A stretch of DNA of 64,000 bases from the human T2T-CHM13v2.0 reference genome, Homo sapiens. The DNA is taken from the NCBI RefSeq assembly GCF_009914755.1, contig NC_060941.1, one strand, 5' to 3'. The notes beneath the pieces were generated by a model. That model was not told the DNA's origin. It did not search any database and saw only the letters and a list, made by a program, of their open reading frames with translations. Made by a program: the position numbers and the translations under genes. Positions 38,950-61,888 of the stretch are shown here, one piece after another (within the stretch, counting starts at the first letter, position 1; each line of letters starts with the position of its first letter).

Positions 38950-41598
38950 TCACTGCAACTGACAAAGGCCAGTCTCTACTCTGGCTGCTCCTGCGGCCCG
39001 TCCATCACATCACCACTCATCCCCAGTGTTACAGTGGCTGGCTGTGAGCATTTTGGGGGATCTAGCTGTGGAGAAGGTGAGTTGGATTTGTGGGATACAT
39101 TTAGATGATTTGTAGTCACTTCCATATATAGGTTTTTTTTGTTTTGGGGTTTTGGTGTTTTTGTTTGTTTGTTTTGCTTTGTTTTTGAGACAGGGTGTCT
39201 TGATCTGTCTGTCCCCCAGGCTGAAGTGCAGTGGTGGGACTGCAGCCTCAACCTCCAGGGCTCAAGCAATCCCCCTACATCAGCCTCTGGAGTAGCTGGA
39301 ACAACAGATATGCACCACCACACCCAGGTATTTTTTTTTTTTAATTTTAATTTTTTGTGAGACTGGGGTCTCACTATGTTGCCCAGGCTTGTCTCAAGTG
39401 ATCCTCCCATCTTGGCCTCCTAAAGTACTAGGATTACAGGCATGAGCCACGGTTCTCAGCCAATATTGAGTTAAGTTAGCCTCCTCATCTAGGGTAGGAA
39501 TGGCTTCCAGGGATACTCCTATTTCCTTTGCCCAGTCACTAGGCTTCGTGCTGGAAGTGTGCAGGGCCAGAGACACATGTGATATGAATGTCTGATGGCT
39601 CTTGACATTATGAGTCATGGGTGGTAGAGGAGAAACAAGATTTGAAATATAGAGAGTTAGCAGCTAGTCTATGGAAAGTGCTATAGAGGTGTGTGGGCAG
39701 TAAGTACTACAAATAGCTGGCTGGGTGCAGTGGCTCACATATGAATCCCAGCACTTTGGGAGGTCAAGGCAGGTGGACTGCTTGAGTCCAGGAGTTTGAG
39801 ACCAGCCTGGGCAACACGGTGAAACCTATCTCTGCTAAAAATACAAAAAAAAAAAAAAATTAGCCAGGTATGGTGGCCTGTTCCTGTTTCAGCTACTTGG
39901 AAGGCTGAGGTGAGAGAATCACCCGAGCTGGGGAAGTCGAGGCTGCAGTGAGCTGTAATTGTGCCACTGCACTCCAGCCTGGGCAACAGGAGTGAGACCT
40001 TGTCTCAAAGAAAAAAAATTAAAACTGTTAAGTTATTTTTCTGGACAGTGTGAAATTTTTGCCTTTTATTTTATTTTATTTTTACTTATTTATTTTTGAG
40101 ACGGAGTCTTGCTCTGTCGCCCAGGCTGGAGAGCAATAGCGCCATCTTGGCTCACTGCAACCTCCGCCTCCTGGGTTCAAGCGATTCTCCTGCCTCAGCC
40201 TCCTGAGTAGCTGGGATTATAGGCGCATGCCACCACGCCCAGCTAATTTTTGTATTTGTAGTAGAGATGGAGTTTCACCATGTTGGTCAGGCTGGTCTCG
40301 AACTCCTGACCTCATGATCCGCCCGCCTCAGCCTCCCAAAGTGCTGGGATTACAAGCATGAGCCACCGCTCCCGGCCTTTGTCACCTTTTAAAATTTGTA
40401 AGTTGTTGCCATCTCTCATTTCACTCTAAATATTACTTTTTGTACCTAATTTTGTACTTTTTCCCTTTTTTTTTTTCTTTTTCTTTTTTGAGATGAGGGT
40501 CTCAATATGTTGCCCAGGGTGGTCTCAAACTCTTGGCCTCAAGCGATCCTCTGGCCTTGGCTTCCCAAAGCGCTGGGATTCTAGGCCTGTGCCACAACAC
40601 CTGGCCATATTTTTCCTTAAACACTTAAATAGTTGTTTCCCTCCACACCTCCCCCTTCTAAATCATTTAAGCTTCAGACTCCTGGACCTAGGGCTGGGTA
40701 ATTTTCTGGAGCTCGTTGGTCCAGTGCAGATGTGGCCTATGAAGATGTTCTCCCACTCCTATCCCCAGCGTATCTGTGTCACAGAGTGTCAGTGGGGGTC
40801 TCCGTGTGGTTGCACGCCTCTGTGTCAGCGTGGGCCTGACACAGTTTGTGGCTGTGTCCATTTATACCGTGGCCTAATGGCGTGTGTGTGGACGTCTGAG
40901 CCTCCAGCCTCTTCCTGGCTGCCCTTTCAACAGTGGGCCACACTGGGGCTTGGGGGAGGGGAGCTCGTGTCCCACGTGCGCTGGGCTTAAGGAACGCAGG
41001 GGGTGGGGAAGGAACGGAGTAGCCGGTAGAGCATCCCAGCCTCCCCTCCCTCATTGTGAAGTCTCCCCAGTCCTGATTTCCAAGACTTAGCTCCTCCCTC
41101 TTCAGTTCTTCAAAAGGAAGGCTGGTTTCCTGGGAGCCCCTGGGCCCTGGGTAGAGGGAGTTCCTGGAGGGTTGGGTCCTGGGGGATTGGGGGTTGGGAA
41201 GTAAGAGGACCAGGACCCTGGGCCAAGGAAAGACCAGGATAGACGCTCTCCAGGCCCGCAAGGCAAACTTAAGGTCTTGCCCCGCTCAGCTTGCCTTGGG
41301 TGGCAAAATCAAAGAAAAGAGAAGGGGCAGCACAGACCCAGGCAGAGAAAACAGGGCAGTGAAACCACTTGAGGAACTTAAAGCCCCACAAACACAAAAG
41401 GTCTGGATCCCTGAACCTCCTTTATTCTTCAGCACATATTTATAGGGTGCATACTGTGGGCCTCGATCTGTCCTAGGCCCTGGGGATATAGCCCCAAAAG
41501 AAACAGACAATGATCTCTGCCCTTATGAGTCATACATTCTTTTAGGGGAAACAGTCAATGTACATTATACAAAGCAAATCATTTGTTAGATGGTGCTA

Positions 41599-41892
<294 letters not shown>

Positions 41893-42881
41893 TCATCTCA
41901 AAAAAAAAAAAAGAAAGAAAAGAAAAGAAAAAAATCAATCAGAGAAGGGGAGTGGAGAGTGAGAATTGTAATTTTAGATGTCATCAGGGACGATCAGCGA
42001 AGGATTCATTGAGAAGGCGAAATCTAAGTGATGACTGGGCAGGTTATGGGATAACTGGGGAAGAACATTTCAGGCAGAGGGAACTGCTAGCACAAAAGCC
42101 CTGAGGTGGCAATATGTAAGAATATTTATTTATTTATTTATTCATTTTTTGAGACAGGGACTCGCTCTGTTGCCTAGGCTGGAGTGCAGTGGTGCCATCA
42201 TAGCTCACTGCAGCCTTGAACTGTTGGGCTCAAGTGATCCTCCTCAATCTCCCAAGTAGCTAGGATTATGGGTGTACACCGAAAGGCCTGGCTAATTTTT
42301 TTATTTTTTGTAGAGATGGGGATCTCACTACGTTGCCCAGGCTAGTCTAGAACTCCTGGGCTCAATCAGTCCTCCAAAACTCCAGGATTTGCACAGGCAT
42401 GAGCCACTGCACTTTATTTATTTATATCAGTATTACTTTTGGGTTTTTATTTTATTCATTTATTAGAATCCATCACAATCTTTATTTTAATGCTCAAATT
42501 GTCCCAGATTTAGCCAATGGGAGCCCCTTTGGCTGTAGACCCTAGCTGCTGTCTTTTTTGATATACATACCCAATATTCTTTGAGCATTTCTTTACATTC
42601 TGGTGCAACAAAATGTTCCAAGATCATCTTGTAATTCTTCAGCCCCAGTCCTGGAATCAGCCTCGTCTCTAAGGAGTCCTGTTTCATTTTAGCACAGAGT
42701 GGCATTTAGTAACCAAGATCTGGGCATTTAGTATGGGATATCATTGTTTCTAGGCTCACTCAGTGGACAGAGCTAGGAAATATGTGTATGTGTATATGTT
42801 GTGTATGTGTATATATTTATTATATTTATTCCTGTATCTGTACACATAAAAACCATGAATTCATATTGATACCTCCATTAG

Positions 42882-43208
<327 letters not shown>

Positions 43209-43981
43209 TGATTTATGTTTTAAAAGGATCAATCTACCCAATATATTAAGAGTAGAGGCCAGCCAGGAGCGGTGGCTCACGCCTGTAATCCCAGCACTTT
43301 GCGGGGCCGAGGCGGGTGGATCAAGAGGTCAAGAGATCAAGACCATCCTGGCCAACATGGCGAAACCCCGTCTCTACTAAAAATACAAAAATTAGCCGGG
43401 CATGGTGGTGCGCGCCTATAGTCCCAGCTACTTAGGCAGCTGAGGCAGGAGAATCGCTTGAACCTGGGAGGCAGAGCCATGCAGTGAGCCGAGATCGTGC
43501 CACTGCACTCCAGCCTGGGTGACAGAGCCAGACTCCGTCTCAAAAAAAAAAAAAAAAAAAAAAAAGAGAGTAGAGGCCAGGCGTGGTGGCTCACACCTGT
43601 AATCCCAGCACTTTGGGAGGCTGGGTGGGGGGGTATGGATCACTTGAGGTCAAGAGTTCGAGACCAGCCTGGGCAACATGGTAAAACCCCATTTCTACTA
43701 AAAATACAAAATTTAGCTGGGCGTGGTGGTGCACACCTGTAGTCCCAGCTACTTGGGAGGCTGAGGTATGAGAATCACTTGAACTCAGGAGGCTGCAGTG
43801 AGCCCAGATCACGCCACTGCACTCCAGTCTTGGAGGCAGAGCAAGACCCTGTCTCAAAAAAAAAAAAAAAAAAGTAGACTCTGGAACTAGCCAGGAAATA
43901 ACTTAGGGGGTATTGCAATAATCTAGGTGAGAGATGAGGGTGGCTTGGACCATGGTGTAATGGCAAATAGTCAAATGTTAG

Positions 43982-44137
<156 letters not shown>

Positions 44138-44157
44138 TAATTTTTTTTTTTTTTTAA

Positions 44158-44277
<120 letters not shown>

Positions 44278-44371
44278 TGACCCTAACATATTGTAAATAG
44301 AAATGGCTCATTTGATGTAGAGTGGGAGAGAAAGAGAACAATCAAGGACGACGCTAGGGTTTTTAGTCTAA

Positions 44372-44649
<278 letters not shown>

Positions 44650-46120
44650 TAGTAGAGACGGGGTTTCTCCATGTTGGTTGGGCTAGTCTCGAACTCCCGA
44701 CCTCAGGTGAGCCGCCCGCCTCGGCCTCCCAAAGTGCTGGGATTACAGGCACGAGACACCGCGCCCGGCCTTGGTTTGCACATTTTAAGTTTGTGATCTG
44801 TATTAGCTTTTTCCAAGTGTAGATGATATGTGGGCAATAATACATAAGCATCTGTAACTCAGGGGGGAGTTCTGGAGCTGGAGATGAAAATCTGGGATGT
44901 ATTAATGTATTACCTGATATTTAAAGCCATGAAACTGGAAATGACCAAGGTAGTGGGTACAGATAGAGAAGAGGTTGGAAAATTGAGCCTTGGGAACAGT
45001 CCAACATTTAGAGATCCAGAAGGTGAGGAACAGCAAAGAAGTCTGAGAATAAGCTGCTGATGAAGTAGAAGGAATATCAGAAGGGCGTAGTGTCCTAGAA
45101 GGCAAGCGAAGAGTGTTTCTAATGGAAGAGTGAGCATCGGTATCAGCTTCCACGAAGTAATGGTCAATAGATTTAGCAATGTGATGATCATTCGGCAACC
45201 TTAACAAGGGCAGCTTTGATGGGGGCGGTGGACACCTGATTAGCAAGGGTCCAAAGGAGAGTGGGAAGATGGAATTGGATAACTTGCTCTGTTTGCTGTA
45301 GAAGGGAGTAGAGAAATTGAGTGGTAGCTGGACAGGCGTGTGGGGTCAAGATAGCTTTTGTTGTCTTGCTTCTAAATTGGGGGAAATTAGTGTCTGTAGG
45401 CTGAAGAGAAAAATCAAGTAGAGAGGGATTTTTTTTTTTTTGAGATGGAGTTTTGCTATTGTTGCCCAGGCTGGAGTGCAATGGCGCGACCTTCGTCTCC
45501 CGGATTCAAGAGCTTCTGCTGCCTCAGCCTCCCGAGTAGCTGGGATTACAGGCGTGCGTCAGCCACCACGCCCGGCTAATTTTGTATTTTTAGTAGAGAT
45601 TGGGGTTTCACTGGTCTCGGACTCCTGACCTCAAGTGATCCACCCGTCAAGCCTCCCAAAGTGTTGAGATTACAGGCGTGAGCCACTACGCCCGGCTGAG
45701 AGGGAAATTTTGATGGTATAGGAAAAAGCAGTGTCTTTGAGATGGCCAGAGGGATGGGAAATCTAGTAAAAGTACGGGTTGGCTTTAGGTGGAAGCATTC
45801 TTCTACAATAATGAAGGAAAAGAAGAGTACGTGGTCACCGACTCAATTAGGTAGGTAGGTAGGTAGGTGCGATGTGAATGTTGATGGGGAACTCCGGAAT
45901 GGTTTATTTTCTCAGTGAATCAGGAAGTAAAAGCTGAGAAGGGATTCGTAGTTTGAGGTGAGGGTAGGAATGAAACAGTCTCATGGGGCAGTATGAGAGT
46001 GAATGAATTGGAGGAAAGTAACGATTGCTGAGTAGCACTAAGGAGCCACCCGAGTGTGGTGGCGTTAGGAATTGAAATCCGCAGTAAAAAAGTTTTTGCA
46101 GGTCGATAGGACTATGAGAA

Positions 46121-46136
46121 TCGCAAGAGGGCGCTC
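46121..46136 (+). promoter_or_regulatory. CTCF-like motif TCGCAAGAGGGCGCTC next to tRNA-Ser
   Basis: The AGAGGGCGC core matches; the 5' half is degenerate. Confidence 0.4.
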
Positions 46137-46269
46137 GCGGGCTGGTCCCTGACGGCCGAGTCTCTGAGATTCTCAGAATAACGCGGGAGATTCTCCAAGG
46201 AGAGAACCAGAAAACAAACTGCTTTTTCCTTCTCCAGAGACCGAGATACCTAAATACCAAAACTAGTGA

Positions 46270-46351
46270 CGCTGTGAGCAGGATTCGAACCTGCGCGGGG
46301 AGACCCCATTGGATTTCGAGTCCAACGCCTTAACCACTCGGCCATCACAGC
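46270..46351 (-). tRNA. TRS-CGA: tRNA-Ser(CGA)
   Basis: Reverse complement GCTGTGATGGCCGAGTGGTTAAGGCGTTGGACTCGAAATCCAATGGGG...CTCACAGCG, 82 nt; T4 at 46259-46262. Confidence 0.98.
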
Positions 46352-46840
46352 CGCGTGCGCTGTCGGCCCTGTGCAACTATAGCTGCCTATCAACACGCCC
46401 GCCTCCAGCCGGCTCCACCCGGCTCCGCCCGGCTCCACCCGCGCCGCCTAGAGACGTCTGCGCTCGTGCGCCTCTGCTCGGTGGCGCAGACCATGCCTTC
46501 CCTCCAGCAGACGTCAGCAGCCCCATTGGAGCGGCAGCCTTCCTATTCTCCCTCTCCTCCCTGAGCATAGGATGGAAACAAAACGGGTCCAAATCCGAGC
46601 CCTGTCTTCCATACTCTTGAGGACAGACCCTGAGATGCCTACTTCAGGCTACTTCATGAAACCGAAGTGAGAATCTGTAGTTTCCAATACACACTAAAAG
46701 TGCAGGGAAACGGAGGTCCAAAGACGGATTGGCATGTAAGAAGAATCTTAGGGAGAGTCTAGAAGAAATGTTTCTTAGAAAGGCCCTTTGAAAGTGGAGA
46801 AGTGTACTTGCAGCAATAATATATCACTCCCCGCTAACTC

Positions 46841-46914
46841 AGGCACCGCTGGGATTCGAACCCAGGATCTCCTGTTTACTAGACAGGCGCTTTAACCAGC
46901 TAAGCCACGGCGCC
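46841..46914 (-). tRNA. TRT-AGT: tRNA-Thr(AGT)
   Basis: Reverse complement GGCGCCGTGGCTTAGCTGGTTAAAGCGCCTGTCTAGTAAACAGGAG...GGTTCGAATCCCAGCGGTGCCT, 74 nt. Confidence 0.97.
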
Positions 46915-47197
46915 GGCGTAAAACAGGTGTGCCTCAAGATAAATCAACTCTTAGTGGGTGACAGTAAGTGAAAATCAGCAAACTGCCTGCAGTGGTTCCT
47001 CAGTGACTCATCCCTTCCTAAGGTGCCTCTTCCCTTTCAGGTTCTGAGCCAAAGGGTTAATGCTTTGCTTCTCCATTCTTCCACACCTTTGGGGCCAACT
47101 CAACCATGAGTGAGCACATGACTCCATGTGTCCCTTAGCTACCTAGACTGACCTGCTGAAGGGCCCTCTCTGTGTGGTGACCAAGAAGCCAAGGAAG

Positions 47198-47522
<325 letters not shown>

Positions 47523-47866
47523 TCAGGGCACCACGGAGTTAAGCAGGGTTCCTCTGCCTTGGCCACCCGTGACCCGGGCTGGAGCTTACCCAAGCCCTTG
47601 GCCACACGCACCTCTCAGCTCTCCTTCCCAGGGCAAACCCAGCTGAGGCCATGCTAGAGGGGACAGCAGAGTCTGAGCTGGACGTGGACGTAGCGGGCTC
47701 AGCAGGGCCCTCACCTGGACAGGATGGGGGAAAAGAGGAATGGGGGTCGTCAGGAGATGGCCCTGTACACCCTCACTACAACCTTCCCAAAAGCAGGGCC
47801 ACATCTCCCCTTGACATGCTCCCTTCACCCCAACCCCAAACTTCATTCCACAAAGTCCTGGGCGTT

Positions 47867-47882
47867 TTTATCTTTTTGTATT
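47867..47882 (-). terminator. PER1 non-canonical polyA signals (AATACA, GATAAA)
   Basis: No sense AATAAA in the 3' UTR. Variant hexamers follow a U-rich stretch and precede GU-rich sequence. Confidence 0.6.
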
Positions 47883-48105
47883 AAAAAAGTAGTAACAGAC
47901 ACAAATATCAAAAACACAAATGCCATCGGCAGAGGGTACAGCTGAGAACGCCTGGGTCCCACCTGAGGGGCAGCACCAGGGACTCCATGGTCCACCAACC
48001 TCCCCCACTCCAGAGCAGCTAGGGGCTGGAACCCCCGGGTCCTGCTTGGGCCTCAGGCTCTCCTCCCATCTGGGGAGGAGGTGGGAGAGAGAGCTGTCTC
48101 CCCGC

Positions 48106-48114
48106 AATAAATAA
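48106..48114 (-). promoter_or_regulatory. AU-rich element nonamer UUAUUUAUU in the PER1 3' UTR
   Basis: aataaataa on plus; exact match to the TTP/ZFP36-family nonamer. Confidence 0.6.
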
Positions 48115-48456
48115 GTGCAGCCCCAACCCTCAAGAGTCAGATTCAGGCTCAGCTGGAATATGGAGAGGCCACTTCAGCAGCTTGTCAGCAACTTTGTCCA
48201 GGGGAGGGAAGGATTCCTCTCCAAAGGTGGGAGGTGACACTCCTCTGGGCTGGGCTGCGGAGTTCTGCTCTCTGCTCCCTAAGAGGCCAGAGGCAGCCCC
48301 TGGATCCTAGGCTGGTGATGGGGGTCCGGCCCCCTATGGTGGGAGAAGCTGGGGCAGTTTCCCACTGGTTGGTCTAGCCACATCTGAGTTCTGAGAATTG
48401 GGACATAGGAGAAGAAAGCCTCTCATGGACTCCTGGAGATGGTCCCAGAATGGAGT

Positions 48457-58121
<9,665 letters not shown>

Positions 58122-59326
58122 GTCTGGGCCATGGGGAGAACAGAACAGAGAAGGCAGAGAGGCCACCACGGATGCACGAGGGGGCCTGGAGGCTTGGCTG
58201 AGGGAGTGAGGTGGAAGATCTAAGTCTCTGAGGGTTGAGAAGTTCGATCACAGCCAGTACCTGGAGAGGGAGACCAGGAAGCAGGGCTTGCAGAAAGCTG
58301 GTTTAACTCCAGAGCACCTGCTGGCTTCACTCAGACCTTCCCCCTGCCTGGCCTCCTGCAGGACTGATGGGAGTGGAACCCAGGCCTGGGGCTTCCAATG
58401 GGGAGTCAGGATGTCTCCTGTACCCTTAGGGGGACTGCCAGCGGGAGAAGGTTCTCCGGGGCCTTCCTTCACATCCCCTGCCACCATGGCCTGAGCAGTC
58501 AATGAGAACCACGGCTGTAGACAAAAACCTGGACACTTCCCATTCCCAAGTTCCCATTAGGTGTCCACTCTGCCTGGGCCTCCAAGGCCTCGGAGCAGGA
58601 GGTGAGCTGGTCGCCTCCTATATTTAGGCCTCCAGGCTAATTTTATCCGGGGGCGGTGCCACCCCCGCTGCACATGCGCGCCGACGTGCGCGGCCCCACC
58701 ACGCGCTTCCGCCGCCGCCACGGTCGCCAGGGAAACCGACGTCAGCTGCTGAGCTCAGCGGTTGCTGGAGGGACCACAGGAGGGCGGGAGGAGCGACCCC
58801 TCCCCCATTTCCCGGCGGAAGTGGGGGAACGGCCCACTCTCACACTGGTGGGCGCAGCCGGGGGGGTCACGCATCCCTTACATATCCCCAGTCCCAGGAT
58901 GGCTCGGTGGCCGTAAGAAGTGGGACGGCCTATTAGGATCCCAGGGTTGGTCCTGGATTCCCCAGGACGAAGCACAACGGCCACTGCCCTCGGCGCAAAA
59001 GCCCCTCAACCTGACTCTCGCCTGGATCCCAGTCATTCTGGTCAAGACAACACAACCTTTCCTTCTTTAGCCCCTGCGCTGCTTCCCCACCACAAGGACC
59101 GAAGCCGGCAACCTGCCATCGTCAAGGACCCGAGGATCCTCTCTCTTCAGTCCCCTACTTTTCTGGCCAGACCCCCCCACCAACCCCAAGCCTTGGGCAG
59201 AAGACACACAACAGCCAACAGATCTTTCTTCCCCTACTCCCCGTCCAACCACACCCCTACTACTGAGCATTTTCTGAGCGCCAGGGGAAAAGGGAAGGTT
59301 GTGGCCAACAGCAGGAACCAGCGCTG

Positions 59327-59341
59327 GGAACGGGATGTTCT
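59327..59341. promoter_or_regulatory. Intron-1 GRE GGAACGggaTGTTCT
   Basis: IR3 GRE-like site about 0.5 kb downstream of the TSS. Confidence 0.65.
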
Positions 59342-59751
59342 AGTCCGAAGTGGGCTGACATCACAGGCGGCGCAGGGCCAGGGACTGGAGAACAGAGACA
59401 CGGGGAGCGCTGAAAGCCTAATAGGGTCCTGGTACCGGGGCAAACCTGGGGCCCCTCGAGTAACGAGCAAGAAGACCGGGGCATGCCCGCTGAGAGTCGG
59501 CTGTGGGGCCGGGAAAGCTGGGACGGGGAGGTGGGGACAAGCTGGAGGTAAGATGAGTGGGTCAGGAGTGCAGACTCCCGGTGCAAGATTTCGAGGAGGA
59601 CTTCGGTCCTTGGGGGCAGGGAGAGGGTGGGTAGCGGTAAGGACGACAGTGTGCCCTCTGCCTGGGCCGAAAGTAGCCCATCAGATTGGAAGTGGCAGCG
59701 GTCCGGCTCAGGGACGGAGATCGGCCCCAGGATGGCCGCAGAGATGCCTAC

Positions 59752-59830
59752 CTGGTCGCAGGAGTGTCCTCCGCACGCCTGCCCGCCGCCGCTCCAGCCC
59801 GCAGCCGAGTGGAAGCTCCACCGGGCGGGC
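59752..59830 (-). other. PER1: PER1 non-coding first exon (proximal promoter); splices to acceptor at 58260
   Basis: Donor CAG|gtaggc at 59752/59751 inside a CpG island, downstream of the D-box, CCAAT boxes and E-box. The 5' end is approximate. Confidence 0.75.
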
Positions 59831-59840
59831 GGGGAGGCGG

Positions 59841-59850
59841 GTTGCATAAT
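59841..59850 (-). promoter_or_regulatory. D-box ATTATGCAAC (DBP/TEF/HLF/NFIL3)
   Basis: TTATGCAA core immediately upstream of PER1 exon 1. Confidence 0.8.
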
Positions 59851-59986
59851 GCCGGGCACTGCCCCCTCATTGGCCTCTTGCCGACGGAGCCGCAGGCCCC
59901 GCCCCCGATTGGCTGGGGATCTCTTCCCGGCGCCTGATTGGCTAGTGGTCTCCACTAAGGTCAGGGCTGTGTCACACACACGGGCG

Positions 59987-59992
59987 CACGTG
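59987..59992. promoter_or_regulatory. Canonical E-box CACGTG (CLOCK:BMAL1)
   Basis: Exact match in the proximal promoter, among CCAAT boxes (about 59869, 59908, 59937, 60039). Confidence 0.85.
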
Positions 59993-60419
59993 GACCTGGG
60001 TGCTGGTGCTGGGCTGAAGAGCCCCAGACACCGCCCAGCCAATGGGCGCAGGACGCTTGCACATTGAATAATGGAAGGGAGGAGAGGGAGATACGCTGCG
60101 CCTCTTTAGGGAAAAAGCCCGGCCCGGGGTAGGTGCTCAAGACTTGTCTACTTCCTGAACGCACTAGCCTTGCAGAACACAACATCTTGGCATCTTCGCC
60201 TTTCCAAGGGTGAGGAAAAGGAATGGCGCTGCAAGTTAGGCCACGCTGGATGAGATGGGTGGTCCTTGAGAGGAGGGGAGAGACAGAAACCTGCCTGGGC
60301 CTCTCCTGGGTTCCTTTCCCAACCTTGTTCCCTCCCAACCTTCGTTCTACATAATGAAGCCCTTTAACCGAAGCACTTCCTCTGACACTTCAAATCCTGG
60401 GAGAGGACAGTTAAGGGTC

Positions 60420-60425
60420 CACGTG
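60420..60425. promoter_or_regulatory. E-box CACGTG
   Basis: Exact match upstream of PER1. Confidence 0.8.
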
Positions 60426-61150
60426 TGACCGGTGGGTGAGTGGGTGGAGGAAGGATGCGGACAATGGAAGGGGCAACCAGAGCCAATAGTGGCTGTGAAG
60501 GGAAACAATGGCAGGTGCTTCTATGGCCACTCAGAGACAAGGTCTCCGGGCAGCCTACGTGGTGTCTAGTACTTTCCTCCAGAGGACGCAGCCACCCACA
60601 GTTAAAGCTGCCCCAAAAGTGGGGGCCAGGAAGCCAGGACTACAGAGGGACCAAGGGGATGGCCCAGAGAAGAGGCCAGCTGGGGCCCTAGACAGAGAAA
60701 GGTGGGGTGGCAAGGGCTTCATATTTCCACTGCTTGGAAAAGAGAAAGCCAAACTCCAGGGGCCCAGACGGAACGTCATCTGTCTCATTCACTGTAGTCT
60801 CCAGAGCCCAGGACAGGACCTGACACATGGCAAGTGATCGATAAACATGATTTTTTTTTTTTTAAACAAGGATAGGTTGGGGAGGTGGGAAAAGAGTGTC
60901 AACAGGAGAAAGGGGGCTGGGAATTCTGATTCTCTAAAAGAGATGAGTAGTCCTAGAAAGAGAACAGGGGCACGATTTGCAGGCAATAAAATGTTAGTCT
61001 GGGCTCAGGAGAGCTGCAGTTACACAGCCCCCTCCATCCAGGACCGTGATGAGTAGTTCCTCGCAGGGCTCCCTGGAAACGTGGGTAGTAGATGAACAGG
61101 CCTCCAAGCAGCTGCTGACATAATCATTGTGGGGGCACTCCCCTCACTGT

Positions 61151-61156
61151 CACGTG
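61151..61156. promoter_or_regulatory. E-box GTCACGTGG
   Basis: Exact CACGTG match with favourable flanks. Confidence 0.8.
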
Positions 61157-61284
61157 GCCTAAGCTTTCCTGAACAATGAGGGAAGGGTGAAGGGGAGGGC
61201 TCTGTGGAAAAGCTGAGACAAGATCGTGTTATAAATTAACCCAGAAAAATCGAAACAGGAAAACAAAAGATTCAGGAGCCTGGA

Positions 61285-61414
61285 GGCCGGGCGCGGTGGC
61301 CTGTAATCCCAGCACTTTGGGAGGCCCAGGCAGGCGGATCACCTGAGGTAGCGAGTTCGAGACCAGCCTGACCAACATGGAGAAACCCCGTCTCTATTAA
61401 AAAAAAAAAAAAAA
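61285..61414 (+). mobile_element. Alu left arm only, with about 20-bp target-site duplication
   Basis: AAAAGATTCAGGAGC(C/T)TGGA on both flanks. Confidence 0.75.
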
Positions 61415-61745
61415 GATTCAGGAGCTTGGATTCTCAGTCTCCTCTCCCTGAAAATGATCCTCCCCACCCCAACTCATACTGTGGCTTTGGCCTTATCTCG
61501 TTTGCAGATACCTCTTCCCTGGAAACATGGTTTTTCTCCCCCTTCAGGGATTTAGGTGTGATCTCCCCTAACCCAGGCAGTCCTTGATCTCCCGCCTCCA
61601 TCTCCCTGTCTTTTGCATAGACAAAAGGCTCCAGCCCTCCAGCAGCCCCCGCTTGCTCCCAAGACTCTTGTTGTCCTGCTTCACCGTCCCCACAGTAACC
61701 AGGCCCTGCTGCCGTCAATGGAGGCGAGGGGGCGGGAGACAGCAG

Positions 61746-61753
61746 TGACGTCA
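61746..61753. promoter_or_regulatory. Full CRE TGACGTCA
   Basis: Perfect palindrome about 1.9 kb upstream of PER1 exon 1; PER1 is established as CREB-inducible. Confidence 0.85.
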
Positions 61754-61873
61754 AAGCGGAAGAAGGGGGCGGGGCGAAGCTGCCTCGGAATGTGGGGCAG
61801 GGAGGCTGGAGAGACTGGAGAGGCAGCGGTTTGGGAGGCGGCCAGCCCGAGAGGGCGGCGGCCAGCGCACTTG

Positions 61874-61888
61874 GGAACATCATGTTCT
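61874..61888. promoter_or_regulatory. Glucocorticoid response element GGAACAtcaTGTTCT
   Basis: Near-perfect IR3 palindrome about 2 kb upstream, 120 bp from the CRE. Confidence 0.85.

Larger units (their letters stand above)
58600..60130. promoter_or_regulatory. PER1 promoter/intron-1 CpG island
   Basis: High CpG density, GC boxes. Confidence 0.75.

Noticed and set aside
58920-60042. 309-aa and 260-aa ORFs over PER1 intron 1 and promoter
   Set aside because: CpG-island composition artefacts with no domain signal.
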